DNA of 64,000 bases from positions 43,958,001 through 44,022,000 of the forward strand of contig CM069147.1 in the NCBI GenBank assembly GCA_035221665.1, in the 5' to 3' direction. How positions within the stretch are numbered: position 1 is the stretch's first letter; the number at the start of each line of letters is the position of its first letter. Under the pieces are notes generated by a model, which was not told where the DNA came from, made no database searches, and saw nothing but the letters and a program-made list of their open reading frames with translations. This stretch comes from Okamejei kenojei (Eukaryota). Of this stretch, positions 38,530-53,183 are shown piece after piece. The translations under genes were made by a program, and so were the position numbers.

Positions 38530-38645
38530 TTGTACAGCACGGAAACAGGCCCTTCAGCCCAACTTGTCCATGCTAGTTTCATTTGTCCACATTTGACCCA
38601 TATTCTTCTAAACCTTTCCTACCCACGCTCCTGTCCATGCACATT
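38530..38645 (-). mobile_element. CR1/HER1 3' tail fragment
   Basis: tacagcacggaaacaggcccttcagcccaacttgtccatg, matching the tail of 20275-20624. Confidence 0.7.
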
Positions 38646-39704
38646 TATACAATTTGAGTCGGAATTGGCCCATATTTCTCTGGGTAATAATGATGGAAAT
38701 GTTAGTGGTGTTAATTGTCATTGTGCTGCAAAATTGACTGTGACTTTGGGATTTCCGTGCATGCCTGCTCCGATGTGGAAATGCAGACACTGCTGTCAGC
38801 AGTTCATCACTGGCTGTGTTCCAACTCTGGACTCAACACTGAGTTCACCAATTGAGTGAGAATTTGGGCTAATGGCCCACATCTTTGGAGAGAACTTGCC
38901 CCAAGATCCTGTACCATATTTTCGGAGGGAGAAGCAGTGTTTCCCAGATGATTTTATAGGAAGGGAACGGATGTGAGTAATTCATGTAATTAGAATGTTA
39001 ATTTACAAAAAACCTTTCTATGGCTGGTAATTTAAAAATACCTTTATAACATCTTTCCAACCTTTTATATATTAAAAATCTACAATGTCTTGCTGTTTTA
39101 GATACCTTGGTTGGTTTTAAAAGTATTAATTAACAAATATATATTTTCTTCCTTTTCTAGTTTTAAAAGATTTTGAAAGTTTCTGAATGTTTATGAATGT
39201 CTTGGGAAAAGGGTTTGCTGCGTTATAGAGAGATTAAACTATTCGGCATTTCTTGCCCAGCCTGGGAGCATGACAGACTTCACTTGGTTTCTTTCTTCTC
39301 ATTTTATGGGCAGGGAATAGCTCTGGCCAGTTCAGAGATGGATTTTATACATCTGTAGGAATGATCAAATCAGCATGCAAGGTGTCGCAGTGGGAAAATG
39401 TCCCAGCACACTCTCTAAATCCAAGCTGGAAGAGACTCTGGAGTTAAATACAAATATTTAGCTGAGGTCGATGTGCAGTTCTGTCAACTCGCTGTTAGCT
39501 AAATCCCAGTCATGAATTAGCAAGTTAGACAGAAGGTACCTCACATGCCATGTTCAGTTATAGAAAGCACTATGTCGCAGTTTCAAGTGATTTTATGATT
39601 AATCCGTACACTAATTAATCACTTTTTATGACTACTTAGCAGCAGAAATAATAAAAACTACTGTTCCGGGCTGTAGTGAATCGTGGTTTTGTACAAAAAT
39701 TGGC

Positions 39705-40055
39705 ATGGGAGCGACGTAGTAAGATGGTTAAGTTGTGAACAATTATCCAGGCCTTGACTATTGATTGACTGACATGAGCTTGAAACCCAACAAAGCATCT
39801 GGGGAATTTAAATCCAAGTAATTAAATAAATTTGGAATTAAAAAGCTAGTTTCAGTGACCATGAAAATATATTGGATTGTCACTTAAAAAAAACATCTGG
39901 TTCAATGACACCAGTCAAGGTGTGTCTGACTTCACTGGCTGAATACATTGCTTCAGTATGGTTGGCTCTTTGTCCATTGAAAAGCCCCAGCATCCACTTA
40001 ATGCATAGATAAATAAGCATGGCTAATAAATCCATGCCCATTAAGTGAACAAAAA
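39705..40055 (+). mobile_element. Old tRNA-derived SINE (second family)
   Basis: ggggaatttaaat..aataaatttggaattaaaagctag..gtgaccatgaaa..catctggttca; homologous to 53534-54030. Confidence 0.6.
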
Positions 40056-41199
40056 CATTAAGAAAAAATTTAACAATGCAATAGAAACACTAAACATTTT
40101 TATGCCTTAAGTAATAATATGATACAATAATAGGACCAGAGAGTGTTTTAAATTTGTTTTCTGTGCTAATAAATGCAATAAATAAATTTGGTTATTTAGA
40201 TATGTGCTGCGGCATTACCTACTACCGAATCGTTACGAATATCATCCCAAGATTAATTACTCAAAGCCACACAAAGCAGTTTGGTTTGCCGCACTTTTTC
40301 CTTCATATTTTTTTAAATCTTGCCACATCTCACCATCAGTCCCGACCAACAATCTCTTGGGTGATGCTTTCAGATAATATACGGAGAATCGGAAGCTGGC
40401 TGAGGAAGGAATCATAGTTGCAAATCCTCAACCTACCGCTTTGCTGTGCTGTACTCTGGTACATGAGCCAGTCCTGTAATTAACCCATTTTCTGAAAGAA
40501 CATTTGCTTAATTAAAAAACAAAATCTGCTCAGTCATGGAACTAATTGTTTTAACTCTTCCCTTGAGGGAGTCTAAAAATAATTTAACCTAAATTCCCTT
40601 TTAACGTTCAGTATGTCTTGAAGGGTTTTCATGATTTTGGGAGTAAATAATAATATTCTCTGGAATCGGGAAGTATTTATTGACTATTTGGTTTTGTTTT
40701 TATTCGCCTTTTTCCTGATTTTTTTTAGTGTTCGGAAAAATTATGCATAATCACTTCTATTAAAAAAATCATCAAAAGATGCATCAATTTTTTACAACTA
40801 GACAATGATGGGTAATAATAAATCAGACTAGTTCATATTTAACCGTAAATATTTATTTACCACAATCTTCCATTTTGTTTTGTTTAATCTCGAACTTTTA
40901 GTCCATTTCTGTTTATGCTTTGACTCTTTCAGACACTTTCACTACCTGTATGCCATCATCCCCAAAGATCCTATGAACAGATTGGATTACTTAGTTGACA
41001 AGAGCATTTTGAAGACCACGTGCAGCGTCTCAAAATTAATGAATGAAAATATAAATTCTGCCTGGTTAACATTTATTACTGGCATAGAATTTTATTGGTA
41101 AAAAAAAGACTACTTCCCAGCTAGGAGGTGTTTTTTATTCTATCAGTTAAAACGGAGTCATTCTAGGCTTAATAACAAAGAACAGCATGCTTATCCTCT

Positions 41200-42350
41200 T
41201 AACTTACCACAAAAGAAATAAACTTTCCTTTAAAAATAGCCAAGAAATTCTGGGTTGCTTTAGATGGTGGCGGAGTTGTGCATAGGCAGCTCTTTTGGCT
41301 GTAGGCTTTCTGCCGAAAGTTTCTGCAGATCTCCTGTCCAAGGCTGCTGGTGTGAGTAAAAGAGCTTTGCGTATTTCACTTGGAGAAACTGTTCCTGTTG
41401 GGATAGAGGGCAGGTCAGAGATGGAGGTATCAATGGCCATATGAACCTGATGGTTCAGGAGCCTCTTGGATTTGTGAAAGGAGCTGTGGTGTAGAGTGGA
41501 CAACAGTGCCTTTGATATCATGGACCTTGAAATCAGGGTTTGGGAATATCATTAATGATCAGGTGCAAGACTGAAGTATTGAGAACATGTTCGGACCAAT
41601 GGTAGAGTGTTTGGAGGTTTGGAGCAGGATTCTCTTTTGGGAAACCGATTGGAGGTCAGATCCATGATTGGAAAGTTGGGAGTGCGATTGGAGGGTCCGA
41701 GGCACGATTAGTTGTTGGGAAGATTAGCGGATGAGGATAAGGTTTTGTGTTCTTGGGGGGAATTATTATGACTGGGTTTGGAAGTTGATCAGTAGGTCTG
41801 GAGTAAGATCAGCATTCAGGAGCGAGAGAGAGAATAGAGTTTGGGAGTATACTGTAACTGGGGACATTGGAACCTGCTTAGAGGTTTTGAAGTGAGAAGG
41901 AATAGTGATTGGGTCTCCAATAATGGGAAGTATGTCACTCTTGGGATAACTTTGTCTAGTCTGCTCAGGGAGTGATGCCATCCTACTTCAAATATTGACA
42001 TAGTTATGATATTTTATGTCAATCGAGCAGGCGATGATGAGAAAGCCCTTTTACATATTTTATATATAACACTCTGTCCTTAATGTGCGTATTTTGGATA
42101 AAGGCTTGTCGATGATATTCTGTCTCCTCTTTATAGTTATACAAACATTTGAACAAAGTTTGAGTCAAAGTCTTCTTGGTAGGATCTGCTACTTGCAATT
42201 ATTGTCCACCATCACCTGTACTTAGTAACTAGTTAAGATGCAGAGGGCTTATTCTGCTGATGTCAATTGACCCAAGCTCCATGAGTGTGTCCTGCGCAAC
42301 TACCAGTGTAATGGTGTACTGGAGAATCCTTCAGTGCGGTGATGTCTTGA
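41200..42350 (-). mobile_element. Heavily decayed Penelope-like reverse transcriptase remnant (tentative)
   Basis: Broken frames give ADPTKK, AFIQNTHIK, GFLIIACS and HQVHMAIDTSIS, in the order expected for PLE RT motifs (DPT, PKIHK, RPI, Q..G.AMG). Confidence 0.35.
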
Positions 42351-42439
42351 GGTGCGGTGAAGGTAGCTGGTATTTACATCACTGAAAAACCCACATGGCA
42401 GCATGAATCACAAACGCACTCGAAATTACCGTCCATGGT

Positions 42440-42810
42440 GTCTTTGACCCAATTCATCCATGCCGGCCCACAAGTCCTATCTAGGGTCCACATGCCACAT
42501 TTGTCCGTGTCCCTCAAAACCTTTCCTATCCATGTACCTGACCAAGTGTTCTTTAAACGCTGCTACTGTACCTGCCTCAACTACCTCATGCGGCAGCCTC
42601 TCAGATTCCTATTAAATATTTCCCCTTTCACCTTAAACCTCCGTCCTCTGGTTCTTGACACCCCCTCCACTGGGAAGAAGACTGTTCATTCACCATATTT
42701 ATTTCCTTCATGAATTTATACATCTCAATAGGATGTATAAATTCCTCACCCTCCAGCGCAGCAAGGAATAAAGTCCATGCCTGCCCGACCTCCCCGTAAA
42801 GCTCTGAATG
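42440..42810 (-). mobile_element. CR1/HER1 LINE 3' fragment
   Basis: aaacctttcctatccatgtacctg..accttaaacctccgtcctctggttcttga. Confidence 0.75.
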
Positions 42811-43758
42811 CAGAAACTTTTAAGCACTATTAAAAGTAAAGTAAGTCGTTTCAAATAAAATTTCATAATAATTGAATTGAAACAATTAAAATGATTAAAA
42901 AAATAGTTAAAATATTTATAAAACGATTTTTCTGAAAGGAACCCTCGCCCTGTTTCTCCACCGTTGCTTCCCTTTTCTCCAGAGAAGTGCAATCCATGGT
43001 TTGAAAATCCCAAACCAGGTTTTGGTCGATACAGGATCTGAAAGCTGATTCAACATTCAGAGACGTTGGCATTTACTAGTCAAATCCAAGCAAACATTCA
43101 CAGTAAAGGAGCAAAATTAAGGTCATTAGTGAAGCTGGTATGTAGTTCGAGATGGAGAACATGTGTATTTCTGCAACTGAGAGATGTAAAATGGTCCCTT
43201 TTGTGGAAAAGTGCAACAACATTGTGATTAGTTTACTTAGCGAATTACTATTATATGTGTAGCTAGGAATTTATAACAGAGGATGTAATCCTGATGTTCA
43301 AGAAAAGCATGAGAACGGAAAGTAATGTTTGTAGACAGGAGAGTAATTGCTAAATTAATTTTTAATATATTAAATACAATAGACTCCAGAGAGTGACTGA
43401 AAAGCACCAAACTCAGTGAAAAGTTTAAATGATGTCACAAATGTTTTGATCACTTTAATTTCCCTTTGGAAAACGTGTACAAATACAAATAAATTATTAT
43501 TATTTTTTAAAATAATTAAAGGCAGATCATTTTTTTCAATGAACGATAGCAAGTAGCTCTTTTCCAAACCTTTCTTCAGTAGAATGGTCTGCTGGTACAT
43601 TGCACATAATTATTAACAATTATGCATAATTGCTCTAGTTAAATGAAAAATAATCAGCTATTGCTGGCCAAGAAATATTCGGTTCTGATCAAAGGACTAA
43701 CGTGTGACTTTTTATTCTCATATCATTACGCTATTCCCTTTTCATTTCTCAAGATGAA

Positions 43759-44077
43759 AAGGCCATTCCACCCATCATGTAAATGCTAACTCACAGAGCA
43801 ATGCCATTCCCCAACAATTTTTTATTGTATCCTTTTCTCTTCCCATTCCCATTAACCCCTTCCCTTGATTTGACCAGTCACGTCTGTACTCGAGGCTATT
43901 TAGAGGGGAAAATGGACCTATCAACCCACAGTTTTGGATGTGAGTGGTTACCAGAGCAGCCATAGGAAACCTATACAGTCACATAGAGAACATGTGAACC
44001 CACACAGACAGCAGCGTAGGTTAAATTTGAACCTGGGTCCTGGCATTGTGAGACAGCAGCTGTGTCACTGTGCCACC
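43759..44077 (-). mobile_element. Older V-SINE
   Basis: ttttggatgtgagtggttaccagagcagcc core; head ending cactgtgccacc; related to 31030-31348. Confidence 0.65.
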
Positions 44078-44245
44078 TCTGTTATTTTATATTTCTACAT
44101 CTGTACTATCTTCCCAGATACCACTTTGCTCTTTATATTTGCTGGCCTGCTCATATATGCTATATATTTTAGAACTAAGTCATAATGTTCATCAATATGT
44201 AGTATATGGATTATAAGAAACACACACACACACATTATATTTTAT

Positions 44246-44401
44246 TGAGAAAAGGAATGGGTGAGGTTTCAGCCTAAGGTCTCGACCCCAAACATTACCT
44301 GTTCCTTTTCTCCAGAGATGCTGTTCGACCCACTGAGTTACTCCAGCTTTTTGTGTTCATCTTCGGTTTAAACCGGCATCTGCAGTTCCTTCCTGCACAT
44401 T
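44246..44401 (+). mobile_element. Penelope-derived short element with short inverted 5' arm
   Basis: Family tail ending ggcatctgcagttccttcct; 12-bp TSD ATTATATTTTAT at 44234-44245 and 44402-44413. Confidence 0.8.
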
Positions 44402-45350
44402 ATTATATTTTATGTTGTTTTCTGGATTGGGCTTTCTGAATGACAAATTCCCTCCAATGTTGAAATTAAGTAAATCCATAGAAAGTAGTTCAGCACTTTA
44501 GCCAGCAGTTCCGGCTATTAACACACTTGTAAAATCACTATTACCATACATAACACCTGAGTACGGTGGCATGATTGATGGCACAAAAGTAACCTATTTG
44601 ACCATTTTCCAGGAAGCTCTCACCTGCCTTCTCTAATCAAGTTGTATCAAGTCTAGAAATATTTTGAGCATGTACTATAGTCAATTGATCAACAGCCCCA
44701 TTGCCTGAAGCAATGCTTGGATATAGTTCAAGCTCATTATACCCATAATTTCAGATCTTGTACAAAATAAAGGCAGTTCCAACAGCTTTGGCTGATAGAT
44801 TGATCTGCAATGTAATTTAAAGTTTCAGACTTTGTGTTCCCACTGCAGGTCAAAGGAACCCGGTTGTAAATAATTGCTGGGATAACCCTTAATTCTTTAA
44901 GTGGTTATTTGAGGCGTGACCGACCGGTGAGGCTACAGCTGTAATATAAAAAGCAAAGGCATTGAATCATAAACTTGGATTATTCTTAATCTGAGATTTG
45001 TATGTCTTTCTTATGTTTATCTTAACAATGAAAAATGCAAACAAACAAATTGGGTTGAGTGAAAACTTAGAAATAGGTTACGACTGAATTGCAGATTTGG
45101 TTCAGTTTATGTTTTTAGATGGGATGTTAAACTTCTTTAGTCTTATTCACATGGGGATAATTAATTATGCTGATCTCATTTACATATCCTTAACATTTAA
45201 AAATAAAATCTTAGAACAAGTAAATGTTTTTTTTAATTAATTATCCTCACTGCTTGGATTATTTCATGGGCAGGATATCTTAGCATCATTAGTTATGCTC
45301 TCTCTAAAACACTCTCTCTAGTTTTAAAACCATTTTACATTCAGGTGGAG

Positions 45351-45438
45351 GGTTACACAAAATGCTGGAGAAACTCAGCGGGTGCAGCAGCATCTAAGGA
45401 GCGAAGGAGATAGGCGACGTTTCGGGTCGAGACCCTTC
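45351..45438 (-). mobile_element. Very young Penelope-derived short element
   Basis: 45358-45440 is identical to 21261-21343 (83 nt); 16-bp perfect TSD TTACATTCAGGTGGAG at 45335-45350 and 45439-45454. Confidence 0.92.
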
Positions 45439-46239
45439 TTACATTCAGGTGGAGCTTGTTTGCTCAGCTATGGTATAACTGATTTAATAAGTTTTTAATG
45501 TGATATAAAAGTGGTGATGTAAAGCCCACCTCATTTTAATAGCTGATATGAAAACCTTTAATTAACTAAAGTTGACAAATTCTGCCTTTAGTTATCACCT
45601 TCTGGCATCCAGCAGAATCTGTTTAAAATTCTGTAAATTCAATTCACTAAAAATGCACAATACTAGTAATATTATGAATGAGCTAAGATGCTAATTTTCA
45701 CAATCCTGCAGCACATTTTCCTTACAATATTGATATAAGATATATGCTTTTGATTGCTTCAGGTTCCTTTCCACTCTCTCCAAAGAGATTGCTTTACATA
45801 GGTTGTGTACTCAACATTGAATTGGTCTGCAAAAATATTTTGCTGATTTTGCAATTTATTTCTGCACTTTCAGCTAGATATATGATTAATAGGGAATATC
45901 ATGTACAGTGCACCATCTCCCTATAATGTCTTAAGGAGCCAAACAAGATAGTGTTCTGCAGAAATGTGTATAATAATTAGATCCGTTAGCAACTATGTAC
46001 ATCTTCGTGCATAAACTACTGGAAACAATTTTCAGTAAATTTTACTTCTATTTTAATATTTTGTAATATTTATTGTCCATATCACATTTTTCACTCTCAC
46101 GCAATTTGTTTGATCATATTTGTTAATACAACGATGCTGACGCATATATGTTGTGCTAATATCTATTCAACTGACTGAATAGATTATTTCTCTTAAATGC
46201 AAGTTTAAATGTTATAAAGAATGTCAAATAATTAAAATT

Positions 46240-46430
46240 AAAATACTGCAGTTTGTAGAAATCTGAAATGAAGGTGGAAAACATTGGAGCAAGTTTAAAC
46301 AACAGGGATCTGTGAAGTGAGAAAGATAGACTTAATATTTCACACAGACCATCTTCAGACAGAAACATCAAACTAACTTTTTGTCTGTACAGATGCTTAT
46401 GACTTGCTTGATGCTCCCAGAACAGTGTCT
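46240..46430. mobile_element. Highly diverged Penelope-end-like fold-back element
   Basis: aaaatactgcag..gaaatctgaaat..catcttcagac..cagatgct; weak similarity to the family. Confidence 0.35.
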
Positions 46431-48429
46431 TTTTAAACTTATTGAAATCGTATCTATTTTAAAGGACTATGGGTGTTAGCATTTTAACATAAAGTGGTCT
46501 TTTCATAGAAGTAGGTGATATAGATCACAGTACCACACTATACACATTGATCTGGTTACTTGTTTTTCTCAGATTGCAGGCACCTCTGTTGGCACAATCA
46601 CATTTATTTCAGCTTTGATTATTGACTGCTGTGCTGATGTACATGAAGGAGACAGAGTGAGGCTAGTATGTCAGCATAGGTAAGGTTTATTGCTGGGGGA
46701 TATCTTAGTGGGGTGTTACCCACGGTCATTAATGCTAAATGGGTTCGATTATCAGACACGTTGTGACATACCTCTCTTCACATTCTACTCTTTAATTTCT
46801 GTGGCTAGTTTTGCACCACCCGAACACAGACGCTTTCTAGATTCTTCGCACAGATGCCAAGATTTTCTGTTTTGTGTCTGCTCATTCATCTAAGTGTAAA
46901 TTACTCTGAATTGGCATTAAGTGTCGTTATCACCCCAAATATCTGCTCAGATTCCTTTGTGCATCTTTAAATGTAAAAATCATCTGTGCAACCTGCAGCA
47001 TTTTAAAGGCGTGTATAAACATATTTTTCTTGTTATGAGTGCTAATGGATGCACTTTTATTAATACAGTGTCTTAAAATAAAATCTTATCTACTGCTGCT
47101 GTATCATAACTTTGTATAACTGAAAATAATTTTCAGGAACTATCATGAATGAAATAGTACCTGAATCGATGTACAATTGTGAAGAACTTGTCAAATATTT
47201 AAAATAGCAAAGGTTTTTATACAGGCCTATTGGTATCTATGTAGCTAAACAAAAAGCTTGATTTTAAAAGTCTAGTGAAGCTGCAAAAGGATTCACAATT
47301 AGCAGAAATATGAATGGTGATGGATTTTATTTTGGATGTTGCCAACTTTGCCAAATTTCAGTGCAGGTTTTATAAACTAATAGACAAATTCATTTTAGAC
47401 TTGACATGGCTTGTTCTGTTTGATCAGCTTCTGCTGAATTGTGCAGAAGCAGTCCCGGGTAGAAACAATAAAACATTGTGTTTTCATAAATCCAAATACT
47501 CCTGCAGTGGTCAGTTGTAAAATATTTATTTGTCATATGAATATAATCACAATTTTAAATCCGTAATGAGAAAAATAAGTGTAGTGCACCCAGATAGAAA
47601 GTATGCAGGAACAGATTATGCTCCTAACTATTCACATTATACAATGCGAAAAATTAGTGAATGATGTATTGATCAGCTAGCAAACAAAGTCCTGCAACAC
47701 TCCATCTTCTGCCAATTACAGACCAATATCGAAGAGTGTGGTCAGTCTGTAAGGGTGTTTGGAAGTTCTAATCATTGATAATTCACTGTGAATGCTATTT
47801 TTATTATTTGAAAGTAAATGAACACAATAAAAACTTACTTGGAAGTTAAAAGAGGCTTAGAATTCATCATTGATTTCTACGAATCATTAAAACTTTGTGC
47901 ACAACATGTGTGAAGCTGTTTCAATCTATTGATTTTCCCACTCCTTGTCGCTCAGTCCTAATTACTGGCCTGCTTACAAAAATCTATTAATTGCTGATCA
48001 CAGTATACACTTAATTATTCTTTTTACTGCTACAGCAGGTGACAAAAGTGTGGAGGACAGAGAAGTTTGATAAACTTTAGGAAAGAATCAACTAATTCAT
48101 TTTCTCAAGCTCATTTGCTTTATGCATTCTCAATGAAGTGCTACTGTTGCAAAGACCTGTACTTCATGACATGGCACCAGGCTCATGTTATTGTTATCTT
48201 CCTTATCTTGTTCATTGCTCACTAACTGTTCTTACTGGCCCTGTAAACGCTGAGTACCAAACCACACCTTTAAAACACACAAAATCGGCAGATATATTTG
48301 ACCTGGAAACATGTCTGTGGTTATGGAGCTTTTGTTAACTTTTTACTTTTTAATTAGTGAAGTTCTTTTCATTAGCACAGTTCGCTGAAAGTATGCAGAA
48401 ACACAGGCAGCCTATTGCAATGGCATCAC

Positions 48430-48815
48430 GGTGGACCACTAATACTCATCGGTTTTCAAATTCCTCCATGGTATTTTCTCTTCCTTCCATGTAATCTCCT
48501 TTAGCTGCATTAATTTACCTGATATCACCACACCTTTAATTATAATCCCTTCATCGTTCCCTGATGTAATTGTTTCACCATTGAATATCACAGCTCCAGT
48601 TGTCAAGATCATAAGGTCAGAATTTCCTGCTAAATCTTTATGCCTTCTTACCTTTCCTCTCTCCTACAGGGTGCTCCTCAAAGCAATATCTCTTGGACCA
48701 AACCTTTCATCATTTGTCCAGATATTATGTGGCTTGTGTCAGTTTTTATTTGATAGCAGTCCGGCGAAGTGCCTTGGAATGATTTGCTGTGTTAATAGCA
48801 CCGTATACAGGCAGT
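48430..48815 (+). mobile_element. Old L2-type LINE 3' end
   Basis: ttttcaaattcctccatgg..gctcctcaaagcaatatctcttggaccaaacc..tttgatagcagtccggcgaagtgccttgga; resembles fish L2 tails from recall. Confidence 0.55.
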
Positions 48816-51717
48816 CTCTGGGTAACGAACAAGCTCCATTTTTACAGACATTCACAAGTCTGAAAATACGCAATAATTATGCGATACAGTAACTGTACCT
48901 CCACTGTAATGAATGGCATCAAAAACACGTAAGACTGATATGAATTAACAATTACTAAAAGTCGAGAGGGAAAGCAACCAGTTTTGCCAAGAGGATTAAC
49001 ATAGATATGCATAACAGAGTTTTGAATTGAATATTATTGTGGGAGCTCGTCAGTATGTATTGGTGGCTATATGTTGGGTGCTAGTAACCTACAGATGGCC
49101 TGTATATTGAAATAGTTAACATGGTGAAATGCTAACTCCTAAACTATCAATTCTTCCCAATGCACTACCAGGAGTTAGATTGCTCCAGAGCTGGACAAAG
49201 CATGAGAGGTGGGTTGTGCATTCAGTAAATCCTATAAAGTTTCTAATCTGCTTTACCAAAATATGTTTGCTGACAAAATGTGAAGGCAGAACTTGCTTAC
49301 ATGTTCTGCAGAATTAACAAATTTCAAATTTTGTGTGACATACCACGATGACGTGGTACGATTAAAACATATTCAATAAAGATTCACGAGGAAATCATGA
49401 TAAAATCTATATATCCACAATCAGAGCATGACATCTCGGTGTTCATAAGGAAAAATGTATGATTTAATTTGTCAGGAATCTTTACAGAACAAAAGAAAAA
49501 ATGAAAATGATGAAAATAGTCATCATATTGTAAGTGGGTAGAAATGTTATTTGTTCTGTTTTGGCATTTCAGTGTTAGTGTAAGACCTCTGAGTCAACAG
49601 TGAGAATTTCTGGCAAGATTATTTGTCACAAGTTTTTAATTTTCAAGTTTATTTATAAAGGTCACCTTCTGATTATGTGTCTTTTATTTGGTTGTTTGCC
49701 CTGTATGACTAGTGAACCAATTTCAGCTTTTGTTTTTGGAAAAATAGGCATTTAATTTTATTGCTTACATTTTCCACACTACAGCCACATTGACAGTTAT
49801 TATATGTATAATATTTCAAAAGAAGCATCTTATGAATTTGGAACCATTTTGCTCATCCTCTGCTGGTCAGAGATTTGTTTGTTTTTAATCAATAATATTG
49901 ACATTATTGTTACCTGAACCTTAACAAGACATGTAACTAGAATGCATTTTACATATGTTTTGTCTTGCTGAACACCAACTGGTAAAATGTTTTACATTTC
50001 ATAATCAAATTTATACAGTGGATTGCATGAAAAACGAGAGAACAATTCATCTATTTTTTATACCATGTGCATGTCTTGGTTACACGGCAGCTTCATTTTA
50101 AAATAGCTTCCTTATAAATCTATATTTTTTCAAATGACTTCAAATGGAAATGCTGGAGGTGCTTGTAAACTTTACAATGGAAGCCTACAAGCCTTCATTA
50201 AATTAGAAAAAACATTGTTATCATGCAAATACTCCATTTAATGCCATTGCTGATTATGAAAAGTTAGTTTTCAGATTTCACAATAGAATTTTTTGAATGA
50301 GAACAGATCTGTCACATTATGACAGATTTTTGCATACACTATGCTTTGACTTTAAAAAAAAAATCTGTTGACTCAATTGAAAAGTGACAGGGCAATATTT
50401 AACCTGAATAGAGGCAGGTTGACTTCTCTTATTAAAAGTGACAGTTAAGGACATTTCTTTCTTTGTTTTCCTTGATGTACGCAGACAACTGTGGTCTTCT
50501 AACTACGGCGTGAGTCTTAATAAACACAAAGTCAGATGACTTTTTTAAACAATTTTATAAACAATCTGTTTTTTGAGTGCCTCGTGCTGGTTTAATGTAA
50601 TGAGGCGACGTTTCCTTTTAAGTATCAAGTTTTTTTTCCCCTCTGGGTTGGACTTCAGTAGATGAGATTCAAGAGGCTCGCTAATCTTCCAGAGGTCAGG
50701 AGTGACAAGCCCCGAGGTTCTTACTTTTGCATGTCCTATTTTCCGCAAGTAATTGTTGACAATCTCATTTCATTCGGAAGCTACCACTTGAATTTCCAAA
50801 CCTCATTTTCAATCCTTGCTTTTGGAAAAGCTGGTCTTCATACAATATATATATGATATATATCAGTGATGCACCAGTCAGATTCTATGTTTCTATCCCA
50901 ATTAGTATTCCGACAGGGAAAATATAGCACCATTTTGTTTGACATCAAAACAAAAAAAACCACAGAAGTGTCTGCGGCAAATTATAAGTAAATTAACCTT
51001 CACAAACCATTTCCTTCTGTTTCCTGATTACTTTGTTACCAGGAGGCATTAAGAATAATTTCAGTGGTGGACACTGCCATTCTTCTCTGTAGCAAGGTGA
51101 AAATAATTTTATTTTCATCACCTTTTTTCTGTGATGGATTTACTTGAAAAAAATAATGACAGGCTTCCTCACAGCAGCTGACAATCCTGATGTTGAGAGT
51201 GGGCAGACTGAACAGGCCAGAGAGGTACCTCTGTACCTATTATGGCAAAAATCGATACTGCACTATCTAAATTGCACCTCCCATAGGAGCAGATCAAATC
51301 CAGGAGGGGGAAGTCATCATTCTCTGTGAAAGCTCCTGCAAATTCAACCAGCACAATTATGAACAGATTTTCAGAAAAAAGAAAACTCATCCACCATAAA
51401 ATTAATTGTGCACTCAGATGCTGTGAAGTGTGCAACAACACATGTGCCTGATTCCAAGGGAAAAAAACATTTCATGAGCAAGTCTAGCCGCAGGTTATTG
51501 TATGCCTTGTAAAATCTGCAATGTACAATCCTAAAAAACTGTTGTTATGTGCGAATGAAGTAAATGACCAATATTTCTTATAATAGAAAGAATGGGGGAA
51601 GAACCTTTGAAATAGCGATTTTTTATTTTTTTTTGCTGAGTGAGTCTGTAATTATCAACAAAGAGCTGCCTTTGTTCTACTTGGAATAAAACACACAAAC
51701 ACTGGGACACAGATAAA

Positions 51718-51738
51718 CACACACACACACACACACAC
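51718..51738 (+). repeat. (CA)n microsatellite
   Basis: Directly visible. Confidence 0.95.
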
Positions 51739-53183
51739 TGCAGAAAATAAACACCGCGTGAGCATGTTTGAAATTTAAATTGCTTAAGAAAAGATTATGA
51801 AAAACTATGCTGATGATTATTGGCAATGAGTAAAACCCCATCTGACATAACGCACTGTGGATCGGAAAGGGGCATCAGACAAGATGTCATCCATCAGGGC
51901 TGCAACCACCAGCTGGCTATTGCCGATCTGTTTCCGCTTGCAGTAGTTATCCCACTGAAGGAAAATCTCTAAACAAGGCTGTGAATTGGTTTTCATGCTT
52001 GCATTGACAGATTGGAAAAGCAGTTTGTTCTACCAAATTTAACAATGATATATCATTATCACAACTTTGGGAGAAATCTATAAAATCAATAAGTTTGTAG
52101 CCTAACTAGGATTTGTATTGCTTACATGCTGAGCTTCTGTCAAAGTAAAAGTGTATAGATTGAGTCACAGGCAGATCAATGGCATTTGTGGACACTAAGC
52201 TCAATAACAACCCTTCTGAAAAGAAATAGATGTAAAAAGCAAATTTACTAGGAAAAATAGCTAATATCCTTTCTGTTTGTAGCTGAAGCACTTTTCTGCC
52301 GCTATTGGCGCTGGCAGCTCTAATGCTTGCATCGTATGTGCTTGCCATTCCGAGTGTTACTGCTGTTTTAGATTCTTGCTCTCTGTGTACACTTGAATGC
52401 TCCCATTTGCCGGGCTTGTAGGAAACTGGCCAAGAGAAAAAAAGGGCCTTTATTGTAAATTGAATAAAATCCTCAGCCTCACGAAACTAGGCAGCTTTTA
52501 TATACTTTGTACTGGCAAGGATTGCTAATGGAGAAAAATAAAGACATGTAATTAAATAGTTTAATGAATTTGTATGTCTTTTGTTTGAGTGTGACGTGGA
52601 ATGTGTGGGGCTGCAGGGTGACACAAAGAACTTGGCTGGTACTAAGTAACGTAGGAAATTTGTTCTTTGAATGATACCAAAGGTTTTTATACTTCATTAT
52701 CACAGCATGCGAAATTGCTTGTAGTAAATGATTTGGATTTTTTCCTTGATTAAACAAAAGAAGCATTCAGTCCCCAGATTGTATTTTTCTCCGCAGAAGA
52801 CAATAAATCAGGTCTTTTTTTTCTGTGGTGCCATGACTGTGAATGCTCAGATGTTAGTGATTTTTATTTTAAAAATCTTCCAGTGAATATGTTACTTTCC
52901 ATTCAAATGATAAATATAGATAATTTATATATTTTTTTATTTTTTAACTTAATTAATTTATTTCAGCATCTTGCTGTTCATTTTCTGGTAGCTCAAAGTC
53001 TTGCAGTCAGTGGGCTATTTAAAAAAAAATAATGCATGAGTTTTCAAATGATCAATTGGAATTGAACATCATTTTCTATCTGTTGAAGTGCGTTTGCACC
53101 TTGTGAAGTCGTTCAGTTTGGTCCCTTACATTTTGCTTGCTGACCTTTCCACTTAACTGCTTGAGGTTTCTTAAGTTGCACAC

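Noticed and set aside
48630-48680. Strong-looking splice acceptor ctctcctacAG
   Set aside because: Lies within an L2-like LINE 3' end and has no matching donor
50925-50940. TAGCACCATTT, resembling the miR-29 5' end
   Set aside because: The match stops after 11 nt and I see no precursor hairpin; no other conserved miRNA was recognised by eye
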